Made by a program: the position numbers and the translations under genes. Below are positions 55,072-64,000 of a stretch of 64,000 nucleotides of DNA, piece by piece (position 1 is the first letter of the stretch; the number at the start of each line of letters is the position of its first letter). Source of the DNA: a virus (lineage: Duplodnaviria; Heunggongvirae; Uroviricota; Caudoviricetes); the IMG/VR virus record IMGVR_UViG_2541047873_000001; one strand, written 5' to 3'. Under the pieces are notes generated by a model, which had not been told where the DNA came from, did not search any database, and saw only the letters and a program-made list of their open reading frames with translations.

Positions 55072-58000
55072 GTGGCGGGCACTCCATATGGAAAAAGCAC
55101 TGGAAGAGAAATACAAAGCCCACGCCAAAAAAACAGGGTGATCACCGCCGATGTAAGTGAGGTTATTTTGAACGATAAAAAAGACCGAATAGCGATAATC
55201 GACGCAATACAAACGGCAAACGCGAAAGAGCTAGCTGCGCTTTCAGAAATAAAAAAAGCACTTGAGTCTTACGGACGCAATCCTGATACCAGCGACGCAC
55301 CACAAGGACGCGTAAGTCGTCGCCTGGCCCGAACAGGGAAAGCAGGGGCGCAACGCAACAGTTTCACACAGGGGCCGTATAAAGACCGGCTCCCTACCAG
55401 GAAACAGAGATTACGTATAAACAACACTAGCGAGATAGATAATCCGCAAAAAGCAGCAGCAGATCACCGCACCGCTCATTCGGAATCAAAAACAGCACCG
55501 CTGGCTGAAGGCAAAGCCACGAAGTCATCACCTGAGCGCATTCAATCGCTCACTCCTGACATTCAGCCTGCAAGGCAAGAACAACCAGTTAGAGAAAACC
55601 AGAGCATCGCTGGTGCACCGTTACGGGATAGCAACGGACGATTTGCCTCTCAGAAAAAAAACGAGGATCTCGCACGCCAGAATGAGCTACGCGCACAGGC
55701 AAAACTACAGGTTGGGTTCCTGCGAAAACTCGGTTCCATTATGGGGGTTGATGGTTCAGGGAAAGCCGACGATGGAGCTGTAACCGATGCTGCCGGGGTA
55801 GGGGCTGGTGGTCCACTATGGATGGCAGCACGGGGCGTATTTGATATCAGCCGCGAGATTACTGGTAAGGCTAAATCATTGAAAGAATGGATAGATAATG
55901 GCAACGACAAGGCGGCTGGCGCACCGGTGGTCGCAAAAGCCCCCGCCATTACTTACCCGGCACCTGACAATGAAAGGAAGACTCCAGATAACGCGCCCGG
56001 TTCAGCAAAGGCATTTACTGAAGCCGTTAAAGAAAAATCTGTGCGTGCGATCGAAGAACAAACGAAAGTTCTTCAACGCAACGACAGCCAGATAATTGAT
56101 GAGCTGGAAACTGTATCCGAAGAGATCCGGAAGCTAAGAAAGTCCCAGGAGAGTGGGCTAAAACTGAGCGACCTCCTCGGCGGTGGCAGATTACGTACCA
56201 AAATATCCCCTACACGCGGTCGTAGCAGTGCACGTGGTGGCAACACGGGCCGCACTGGAGACAGTAAAGAAAACAAGGGCAAGAAGGGAAAAAACACCAG
56301 CAAACCTACTGAGACGGGCAGGAGTCAGGAAGGCAAAGAGGGGAAAAAAAATCAGCCAGGCAAAAACAACAGTGCGGGCGAGGAAAAAAATCGGACAAAA
56401 AATGCTGGTGGGAACGAGGGTAGTACCTCACCAAAATCATCGGGTGATAAATCTTCAGTTAAAACCAGAGCAGGTAAGGTCACTGAAGAAAGTGTAGCCA
56501 AAACGGCGACTGGTGGAGCGGCAGGGAAAGACGCTGGTAAAGCGGCAACTTCCGCTGGGGAAAGCCTTACCAGGAAAGAGGCGGGTAAGGTTGCCGTTGC
56601 CACTGGTGAAAACATCGCGAAAAAAGAAGCTGGAAAAGTGGCTCTCAAAGCTGCCGGAGGTGTTGCCGCAAGGGCCGGATTCAGGGCGATTCCAGTCATC
56701 GGCCAGGTGGCTATGGTTGGTTATGATGCCGTAGACGGCTACAGCGACACAGAAGCGCAGAGGGCGACTTATAACCTGAAGGAAGGGCAGGACGTTACAA
56801 CACAGCAAAAGAGCGCCTACGCCGCTGCTAACGTCCTGGATATGGGCGGTCTGGTGACGGGAGCGGCTAACCTCATTGGCGAGGGGATGTCCGCGCTAGG
56901 CTTTGAAGGTGTCGGACAAAAACTTCAGAGTCTTGATACCAGCAATATCGCTCGCGGCATAAATAGTTCTATCGACGCGTCGAAGAACGCATTCAGCAGC
57001 CTAAAAGAATCGTTCTCATCAAGCAGCGAAGGCACTGCGCAGGTTAAGAAAGCCGTTGAAGATGGCACCAAGCAAACGGTAGCCGCAATTAATGATCTGG
57101 CCCGACAGCTACAGGGCGGGCGCAGAGGTGAGGATGGCGTGGGTGAACACGGCTACAAATCGCCAGACGAATTTAAAGCGCCTGAAAAAAATACAATAAC
57201 GGCTGATCTGAATATAGGCGGAAGCAACGCCAAGAACAGGAATTACCGGAATAACAACCTGGGGAACCTGGTTTTTGCAAATCAGGAGGGGGCGGTACTG
57301 GAAGCGCCGAACGCGAAAGGCGAACAGCGTTTTGCGCGGTTTAATACGCCCGAAGAAGGGATTCGGGCATTGGCAAACCAGGTATCGAGTTATTACAACG
57401 GTACAAGTGCTGCCGCCGGGTATCAGAAGCTGCAAACAGTATCCAGCATCATTTCAAAATGGGCACCACCAACAGAGAACAACACCAATCAGTACATTGA
57501 AAACGTCAGCAAATATCTCGGGGTATCCCCCAACGATAAAATAGACGTTAGCAACCCTGAAGTTATGACGCACCTTGTTCGCGCCATTGCGACGAAGGAG
57601 GGGGGTAACCCGGCGGTTAACAACAATTTCATCAAAACAGCTCTTGGTTCATTCAACGCTAAAACTGGGCGTTGGGAAGGGCAATTCAATGATGAAACGC
57701 TGGAACACATTAATAAAATCCAGAAGGAAAAGGGCGGTCCTCTAATCGCTCGCAACTCCCAATATAGTGTCGGTAGCAAAGTCAAATACGCCAACGGCTC
57801 ATCTTCTGCTATTCCTGCGTCAAGCGTAGCCCAGGCTGTAATGCCTAGCCCTACTGACGTGGTTCAACACGCACAGGCAGCTAAAAAACCGAAGGCAGCT
57901 CAACAGGAAAATGCCCAAGCGATCAGCCACGCGAAAGCTAGTGGCAATTCTTCCGCCGCAGCCGGATTGACGGAGCGGTTAATGAGTGCAGACGGTGTTG

Positions 58001-58935
58001 GGGGCGTCATCGCCGGGATAGTTGGGGGAGATCCCAATATGGGGCTAAATCTCGGCCCCGTCAGTTCTCCGGAAGAGATGTCCTCGTTAGCAGCAAAAGC
58101 CAAGCAATTGGATAAGTTTCTTGTTGAAAAAATATCCAGAGCAACGGGCAAAAACTTTAGTTTCCAGAAGGCGGAACAGATCGCCGATATCACTACGGCT
58201 ATACAGCAAAAGCGCAACGTTAACCGCGATACAGAAACCATTGGCCTGCTTCCGGAGAGTCCGGCAACCATCAGCGAGAAGCGTGCCACATCGACACCGG
58301 CGGGTGTGCAGATGTACGACAACGGCTACAAGGTGGTTGAAGGTGAGGACAGGGGCTTCTTTGGCTCGCTATTTGATTCAACTGTGTCAGGGCTTAACCA
58401 GGTAGGCTCCGCCGTCCTCCCCGCCGTTGGAGATAACCTCTCGCGACTTGTGGGCGGTATTGATAGCACCGGAATGTTAAATGACTTTGTATTGCAGTCC
58501 TCTGGACAGAATACCGATGTTGCTCGCGCTATTAGTCCGTTAACAAGGAGTGTTGGCGGTTGGCTGAATGGTGGCATACAGAAAACGGCGGATACGATCA
58601 GGGACACAACTGGCGCAATCAATCAAAGCCTGTTTGCTTCGGGCGTGGCTGCTAAAGAACCGTTCCTTGCAATGCCTCCGCAGCTACCAATCGTCACGGA
58701 CCTCGCACGAAGCGGAATAAGGCAGATGCTAACAACAGATACCGCAAATAACGATCCGGCTATGTTGAAAGCACTGGAGAACGTTTATTCCGTTCTTAAA
58801 GAGATTCTTGGCGTAAGCAAAGACAACCGCAAAGGCGATCAGGACAAAGTTGTGAACACATCACAACCACAACCTCGTCAGCGTGCCAGCACGACTATCA
58901 ATGACCCATCTCTTGACAAATTACTGGAGGATTAA
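55072..58935 (+). CDS. tape measure / injection protein with putative peptidoglycan hydrolase domain (start uncertain)
   Basis: About 1287 aa; Lys/Gly-rich region with repeated KEAGKVA units; conserved-looking block (NNLGNLVFANQ...FARFNTPEEGIRALANQV...ISKWAP...LVRAIATKEGG) suggests a cell-wall hydrolase domain; P1 Sit is an analogous protein. Confidence 0.55.
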   Translation: MAGTPYGKSTGREIQSPRQKNRVITADVSEVILNDKKDRIAIIDAIQTANAKELAALSEIKKALESYGRNPDTSDAPQGRVSRRLARTGKAGAQRNSFTQGPYKDRLPTRKQRLRINNTSEIDNPQKAAADHRTAHSESKTAPLAEGKATKSSPERIQSLTPDIQPARQEQPVRENQSIAGAPLRDSNGRFASQKKNEDLARQNELRAQAKLQVGFLRKLGSIMGVDGSGKADDGAVTDAAGVGAGGPLWMAARGVFDISREITGKAKSLKEWIDNGNDKAAGAPVVAKAPAITYPAPDNERKTPDNAPGSAKAFTEAVKEKSVRAIEEQTKVLQRNDSQIIDELETVSEEIRKLRKSQESGLKLSDLLGGGRLRTKISPTRGRSSARGGNTGRTGDSKENKGKKGKNTSKPTETGRSQEGKEGKKNQPGKNNSAGEEKNRTKNAGGNEGSTSPKSSGDKSSVKTRAGKVTEESVAKTATGGAAGKDAGKAATSAGESLTRKEAGKVAVATGENIAKKEAGKVALKAAGGVAARAGFRAIPVIGQVAMVGYDAVDGYSDTEAQRATYNLKEGQDVTTQQKSAYAAANVLDMGGLVTGAANLIGEGMSALGFEGVGQKLQSLDTSNIARGINSSIDASKNAFSSLKESFSSSSEGTAQVKKAVEDGTKQTVAAINDLARQLQGGRRGEDGVGEHGYKSPDEFKAPEKNTITADLNIGGSNAKNRNYRNNNLGNLVFANQEGAVLEAPNAKGEQRFARFNTPEEGIRALANQVSSYYNGTSAAAGYQKLQTVSSIISKWAPPTENNTNQYIENVSKYLGVSPNDKIDVSNPEVMTHLVRAIATKEGGNPAVNNNFIKTALGSFNAKTGRWEGQFNDETLEHINKIQKEKGGPLIARNSQYSVGSKVKYANGSSSAIPASSVAQAVMPSPTDVVQHAQAAKKPKAAQQENAQAISHAKASGNSSAAAGLTERLMSADGVGGVIAGIVGGDPNMGLNLGPVSSPEEMSSLAAKAKQLDKFLVEKISRATGKNFSFQKAEQIADITTAIQQKRNVNRDTETIGLLPESPATISEKRATSTPAGVQMYDNGYKVVEGEDRGFFGSLFDSTVSGLNQVGSAVLPAVGDNLSRLVGGIDSTGMLNDFVLQSSGQNTDVARAISPLTRSVGGWLNGGIQKTADTIRDTTGAINQSLFASGVAAKEPFLAMPPQLPIVTDLARSGIRQMLTTDTANNDPAMLKALENVYSVLKEILGVSKDNRKGDQDKVVNTSQPQPRQRASTTINDPSLDKLLED

Positions 58936-58940
58936 GACCG

Positions 58941-59315
58941 ATGCTTTATGAGATTGATGCCCGCCTTCAGACAAACGAGAGCGGGGTGGTGATCGCTGAA
59001 GGCGACACAAACGCCTGGATAGCCCGACTCGATGAATGGCTACGGACACCAAATGGCAGCGTTTACGGATTGCCGTCATGGGGGAATCCGATGGAGGAGT
59101 TCAAACACGAACCCTTCGGTTCTGATACGTCACACATTGTTGAAGTGGCGATTGAAGCGCGAATGATGACGAAGCTACAGCAGGACTTACCAGGGCTTGG
59201 ACTCCAGGCGATCCGCTGCGCGACTGTCTCTGAAGACCAGTTACTAATTAGCTTCCAGGCAAAAGGAGGCACCGTGAATGTTGTTATGCAGAAAGATAGC
59301 GGAGATACAGCGTGA
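58941..59315 (+). CDS. baseplate protein candidate
   Basis: 124 aa directly after the tape-measure gene. Confidence 0.4.
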   Translation: MLYEIDARLQTNESGVVIAEGDTNAWIARLDEWLRTPNGSVYGLPSWGNPMEEFKHEPFGSDTSHIVEVAIEARMMTKLQQDLPGLGLQAIRCATVSEDQLLISFQAKGGTVNVVMQKDSGDTA

Positions 59316-60742
59316 GTATTACCGAATTACTGGACAAGTTTAATGCCAAGCTGAACGAAAACCCCTGGTGGGCGCGATTTGTAAACAGCCAGTTTATTCA
59401 AATGCAGTCCGTTTTGGGCGCGCAGATTGTTTATATTGCGCGTACATTTGCAAGCCGTGCACTTACAGAAGGATTCATTTCCACCGCGACGCGTAGAGCA
59501 AGTATTCTCGCGGCAGCGGAAGACCGTGGCTATGTCGGTCGTTTGGTCGATGCGTCATACGGCACTGTTTCCATCACCAACAAAACCGACAGGGATATTA
59601 CTCTACCCGGAGGGGCTGAATTACTGACAAGTGACCAGACACCAATTGCAACCAGCAGTAGTGTTGTTATCCCTGCTGGTGAAACAGTACCCGGCATAGA
59701 AGTAAAACAGCATGAAGCAGTCAGCGTAACGTTCGACGTGGTGCAAGAAACACCATTCTTGACGCTGTTACTTTCCCGTGAGTTAACAGCAGAAGTCGCC
59801 AGCCTGGAAGTTGTCGTGATAACTAATGGTGTCGAGGAAAAATGGACACATAACCCCCTGTTCCGCATGTCCAGGGATAACAGTAAACATTATGTGTTGG
59901 TTTATAAGCCGACAGAACAGATCGGCGTGCGCTTCGGTGATGGATCAATGGGGATGATGCCAGCGGCAGGGAGTCAGGTACGCATTGATATTATGGCAAG
60001 CCTCGGTGATTACACGCTGGCTGAAGGCCAGAAACTTGAACCAGCAGGGAACATCTCCGGGTATGTCGAATCACTGGAAGTAAAAACCGATTCGATCATT
60101 TCTGGCGGTGGTGGCATGGAAACTACCGAGGAAACCCGAAACAGGGCGCAGTATTATGTGGCCTACGATGAGCAGGTTGTTTGGGGCGGTGATTACCGCC
60201 AGTTCATTCAGAACGTGGTCAGTGGCACGTCATGGCTTAACGTGTGGGGGGAGGCGCTACAGGAGAAAATCACGGGCTTTGATGTGCGTAATATCAACAA
60301 AATTTTCTTTTGTGGGCACAAGCCCGGCGTAACACAGGAAGCTCTGAAAACAGAGATATTATCAGCCCTTGAGAGTATCCCTAATGAGCTGAATAAGAAG
60401 TTCGAATACGTCGCCACCAATGAACAGCCGTTCAACATCAAATTTACCGGTATCGTAAAAAAGAGTGTGCTGGTGGATGACGCGCTAACTGCAATTAAAG
60501 CGGCACTGGAGGAGAACTTCGGTAAAGACTCCATGTCATTTAGCCAGCTATTGCAGAGTGATGACGATTCACAGCAATGTTATGCACAGGTCAAAGTAAA
60601 AGATATCTGGCGAGTAATCGAATCGCTGGATATGTTCCTGTCTTATGACGTGGCTACGCAGAACATGAAAGAAGCTGTGTACTTTAATGATTTTGTTTAT
60701 CTGGACGTGGAATCATCAACGTTCAGCATAACCTATCCGTAA
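59312..60742 (+). CDS. baseplate J-like protein candidate
   Basis: 476 aa; position and size fit a baseplate wedge protein. Confidence 0.45.
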   Translation: MSITELLDKFNAKLNENPWWARFVNSQFIQMQSVLGAQIVYIARTFASRALTEGFISTATRRASILAAAEDRGYVGRLVDASYGTVSITNKTDRDITLPGGAELLTSDQTPIATSSSVVIPAGETVPGIEVKQHEAVSVTFDVVQETPFLTLLLSRELTAEVASLEVVVITNGVEEKWTHNPLFRMSRDNSKHYVLVYKPTEQIGVRFGDGSMGMMPAAGSQVRIDIMASLGDYTLAEGQKLEPAGNISGYVESLEVKTDSIISGGGGMETTEETRNRAQYYVAYDEQVVWGGDYRQFIQNVVSGTSWLNVWGEALQEKITGFDVRNINKIFFCGHKPGVTQEALKTEILSALESIPNELNKKFEYVATNEQPFNIKFTGIVKKSVLVDDALTAIKAALEENFGKDSMSFSQLLQSDDDSQQCYAQVKVKDIWRVIESLDMFLSYDVATQNMKEAVYFNDFVYLDVESSTFSITYP

Positions 60743-60751
60743 GAGGTCACA

Positions 60752-61594
60752 ATGCAGAATAACTGGCTAAAAGAGCGTCTGACGCAATTTAAACAGGATT
60801 CTAAATTGTGGGCCGCCTTTGTTGATACGATTCAGGACGTGTGGAATGAATCGGTTGAACCTATTCTCACGCGAATAAGCAACCGTAAATCGTTTTTCAC
60901 AATGGCAAGGGAGGATATGGACACTCGCATTGCTGAATATGGTCGTTTCTTTGTTATCACAGAAACGGACAAAACACGCAGGCCAATGCTATTAGCTCAA
61001 CGACTGGATGAGGTGCACTTCAAAGGAACAGTAAGGCCGATAGAGCAAACGTTCTGGCGTGAATTTGGCACAATCCCCGTCTCATGGGAACCTTTGTATG
61101 CGCCTGTCGATACAGAAAAACATCCCTATGGTTCATTCTTCGCGACCGCAAATGAAATACCGACCGCTCAGGCACAATATGGTGAGTTTTTCCTGACATC
61201 CAGAGGGCTGGTTGTCGTCAACCAAAATAAGCTGTATCGAGCTTATGATAGCGATGACCGAGACGTTGCTGTACAGAAGCTACTTGCTGATTTTGATACG
61301 GTTATAGCGCCGCTATTGCCATTGCATATCGTGTTTGATGGTGTTTCTTTCCAGTTAAGCGCAACATTGCCGGAAATGGCGGAGATCCTGAATTGCTTAT
61401 CTGCGGAAGTGTCCTTTATTGAGGGGGTGTACACGACGCAAGAGATGGTCGATGAGCTATCTATTAGCGATACGATCATTCAAATAGGCGGCATCCAGTT
61501 CGCAGGAAGGCCAGACCGGACGACGGAAAGAGTGCTTCATCTCGATGAACTCCCGCTCGACGCCTGGGCGCTGGATTATAATTTTGCACCTTAG
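60752..61594 (+). CDS. baseplate or tail protein candidate
   Basis: 280 aa. Confidence 0.4.
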   Translation: MQNNWLKERLTQFKQDSKLWAAFVDTIQDVWNESVEPILTRISNRKSFFTMAREDMDTRIAEYGRFFVITETDKTRRPMLLAQRLDEVHFKGTVRPIEQTFWREFGTIPVSWEPLYAPVDTEKHPYGSFFATANEIPTAQAQYGEFFLTSRGLVVVNQNKLYRAYDSDDRDVAVQKLLADFDTVIAPLLPLHIVFDGVSFQLSATLPEMAEILNCLSAEVSFIEGVYTTQEMVDELSISDTIIQIGGIQFAGRPDRTTERVLHLDELPLDAWALDYNFAP

Positions 61595-61710
61595 CAAACC
61601 AGGCCCCGCCAACCTGGGTGGGGCCATTTCTCAAAACAAAAGACCACTGGAAATCACAAACTGAACATACTGCCCTTCGATTTATTGCTTGTTAAAGGGG
61701 CTATGTTCGT

Positions 61711-62157
61711 ATGGCTGAAACTTTAAAATCCCAAAGCGATTCCAGTATTTACAAGGCGCAACTCCTTTCTTACTACTACTCTCGCCGTGCAGAGTCTGCA
61801 ATCGGCAGAGGTGAGCGTTTTGTTATGACAAAGGCTTATTGGTGCAAGTCCGATCTTGTGACGGTAAATAGTGCTGGTGGCTGGACTATTTCTGATATTC
61901 CGCTCGACTTCAAGTTAAGTGATGCACAGCATTTTGCTGAATCCAATCTCATTCTTTCCAGCCTCGATGGTGTCATTACGATTAATGCCGCTTTTCCACA
62001 AGAAACGATGCCGGACGATACACCTTACGATTTCAATACGCTGGTTCTCGTAGATGCAGAGGATCAGGCTTTTGGGGTTGTTTGTACTCAACAGGACACC
62101 TTATTCAAAGGTAAGCGATACAGCTTGCTCATGACCATTGAACAGGTCGAGGGATAA
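61711..62157 (+). CDS. hypothetical tail protein
   Basis: 148 aa; preceded by TGGAAATCACAA motif. Confidence 0.45.
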   Translation: MAETLKSQSDSSIYKAQLLSYYYSRRAESAIGRGERFVMTKAYWCKSDLVTVNSAGGWTISDIPLDFKLSDAQHFAESNLILSSLDGVITINAAFPQETMPDDTPYDFNTLVLVDAEDQAFGVVCTQQDTLFKGKRYSLLMTIEQVEG

Positions 62158-62159
62158 TT

Positions 62160-64000
62160 ATGTGCGCAGATAAAGTAAAGAACATTGTCACCTTATCTTC
62201 GGACATTTCCGCTCCACTAATTGCAGACATGCAATACTTTGAGCTGTATAGCACCGAAGCTCTAAACAGGAAGATGAAAAATATCGTTCTGCCCGGTGTG
62301 TACTGTGGGTTTGAACCGGTGCCAGGGGATGGCCTGTTTGTGCGGATTACATCCGAGAAAACAGAGGGAAGAGGGGCGGCTTCAGTTGACGTGGGTAAAT
62401 GTCAGATATCCGTGCAGCAAGTCAGTGATGTTGTTGTTCCTGTAGAAGCAGGTGTAACGACAATCATCGTTCTTGAAGCTAATTACGAACATGGAGTGAA
62501 AACCAGCCAGGTAGATAGTTCATCGGATATTAGCGCAGCGAGAATTATAGCTCTCGTTGATGAGGGCATAGCATCTAACCAGATTGAGCTATGCCGAGTG
62601 ATCGTGCCTGACAATGCTCAAGCCGTTACCGCAGATATGATTAGCACTAAATATCGCGCTAATCGTGCTGTAGGTGTTGAGTTCTCCAGTGCTTTGGATA
62701 GTGACGAAGAATATAAAGCTGCAACCCCCCTTGCTATCAGCACGTTAAATAAACTTAAAGCTCCGGTTGATAGCCCGGAATTTATAGGTATCCCTACATC
62801 TCCAACTCCGGAACAAGGTACAAACAGTACACAAATCGCAAACGCTGCCTTTGTTCAGGCCGCTATAACCGCCCTTATTGATGGTTCTCCTTCAGCGTTG
62901 GATACGCTGAAAAAAATTGCAGATGCAATAAACAATGATCCCCAGTTTAGCCAGACGATTAATGATGCTTTAGCTCTTAAAGCGCCGTTATTAAGCCCGG
63001 CATTTACGGGGGTTCCAACAGCTCCTACGGCGTCACAAGGTACGAACAACACTCAGATTGCAACAACCGCTTATGTTCGTGCCGCTATTTCTGCATTGGT
63101 CGGCTCATCACCAGAAGCTCTTGATACTCTTAATGAGCTTGCTGCGGCGCTGGGCAATGACCCGAACTTTGCGACTACAATGACAAATGCCCTGGCAGGT
63201 AAGCAGCCTCTCGACGCAACCTTAACCGCGCTCGCTGGCCTGGCGACGGGGGCAAATAAATTACCGTACTTTACCGGAACAGACACTGTAGCCCAGACTG
63301 ATTTAACGTCAGTCGGTCGCGATATTCTTGCTAAAACAAGCACACTGGCTGTTATCCAATACCTTGGTTTAAGAGAACTCGGAACCAGCGGAGAAAAGCT
63401 CCCCCTGTTGAGCACAGCTAATACCTGGAGTGCACGCCAGACTTTCAGCGCGGGGATCACTGGTACGCTGACCGGGAACGCCGATACTGCGACGAAATTA
63501 AAATCAGCCAGAAAGATTAACGGTGTGGCATTTGATGGGTCGGCAGATATTACTCTGACCCCTGAAGATCTTGGCTTAACGGATATTGCTTCTCAAGCTG
63601 GTAACGCAGTTCAGCGTTCTGGCGACACAATGGGGGGGCAGCTAAAAATTGGCACAATAAATGCCCTTCGAATATTTAACCAGGACTTTGGCCTTATCTT
63701 CAGGAGATCCGAGGAATATCTTCATCTTATCCCGACAAATGAAGGGGAGGGTGAAAATGGTGACATCGGGCCATTAAGACCATTTTCTATAAACTTAAGA
63801 ACTGGGTTGGTGTCCATCGGTAACGGCGTAAAAGTTGGCGGTGGTATTACTGGTAATTTGACGGGAAACGCAGATACTGCCACAAAGCTCAAGACAGCTC
63901 GAACGATCGGCGGAGTGTCATTTGATGGCAGCGCCAATATCGACCTGCCTGGCGTGAATAAAACAGGTAATCAGAGCACTACCGGCAATGCTGCAACCGC
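62160..64000 (+). CDS. tail fibre protein (partial, runs off window end)
   Basis: Open frame from ATG 62160 to the window end with no stop; repeated QGTNxTQIAxxA(F/Y)V...GSSPxALDTLxELAxAL and TGNADTATKLKxAR.I.GV.FDGSA.I fibre repeats. Confidence 0.8.
   Translation, partial: MCADKVKNIVTLSSDISAPLIADMQYFELYSTEALNRKMKNIVLPGVYCGFEPVPGDGLFVRITSEKTEGRGAASVDVGKCQISVQQVSDVVVPVEAGVTTIIVLEANYEHGVKTSQVDSSSDISAARIIALVDEGIASNQIELCRVIVPDNAQAVTADMISTKYRANRAVGVEFSSALDSDEEYKAATPLAISTLNKLKAPVDSPEFIGIPTSPTPEQGTNSTQIANAAFVQAAITALIDGSPSALDTLKKIADAINNDPQFSQTINDALALKAPLLSPAFTGVPTAPTASQGTNNTQIATTAYVRAAISALVGSSPEALDTLNELAAALGNDPNFATTMTNALAGKQPLDATLTALAGLATGANKLPYFTGTDTVAQTDLTSVGRDILAKTSTLAVIQYLGLRELGTSGEKLPLLSTANTWSARQTFSAGITGTLTGNADTATKLKSARKINGVAFDGSADITLTPEDLGLTDIASQAGNAVQRSGDTMGGQLKIGTINALRIFNQDFGLIFRRSEEYLHLIPTNEGEGENGDIGPLRPFSINLRTGLVSIGNGVKVGGGITGNLTGNADTATKLKTARTIGGVSFDGSANIDLPGVNKTGNQSTTGNAAT

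Overview
This 64 kb window is almost entirely one mobile element: a P1-like plasmid prophage (phage-plasmid) of the D6 type from an enterobacterium, not a chromosomal region. What the sequence shows directly: a Cre-family recombinase gene with a 32 bp rox-type site (14 bp inverted arms, 4 bp spacer) upstream; a Phd-Doc addiction module; a SOS-regulated humD with a perfect LexA box, next to a theta-like hot gene; a pacA-pacB terminase pair with a GATC-rich pac-like cluster inside pacA; a repA gene flanked by iteron arrays; a c1-like repressor and a 17-mer operator-like motif (core TTTTCTAACA) recurring in front of about eight operons; a tRNA island (Arg, Tyr, Thr, Ser, Ile2 plus degenerate tRNA-like hairpins) after about 1.1 kb without coding potential; and scattered morphogenesis operons (capsid, sheath-like, tape measure, baseplate, spike, PAAR, tail fibre running off the window end). 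Accessory content includes two tandem partition cassettes (ParA/ParG-like and ParM/ParR, each with iterated centromere repeats), a C1-operator-fronted rdgC / degenerate C5-methyltransferase-like / dam operon, an IS629 copy with a 3 bp target duplication splitting a gene, a block of lambdoid-type accessory genes (Ea22-like paralogs, DUF968, phosphatase, ClpX zinc-finger-like protein), and a c4-like structured RNA / icd / Rha-type antirepressor immunity region. The best candidates for an undescribed system are: a higB-higA pair followed in the same orientation by a sharply AT-rich gene for a membrane-anchored coiled-coil protein (31249-32790); two proteins with DUF2829 (Tad2-like) domains; two further low-GC membrane-protein morons; a PAAR gene translationally coupled to an unknown 264 aa protein beside the spanins; and a divergent pair of secreted proteins. 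All homology calls are from reading the translations, not from database searches, and many gene starts are approximate.
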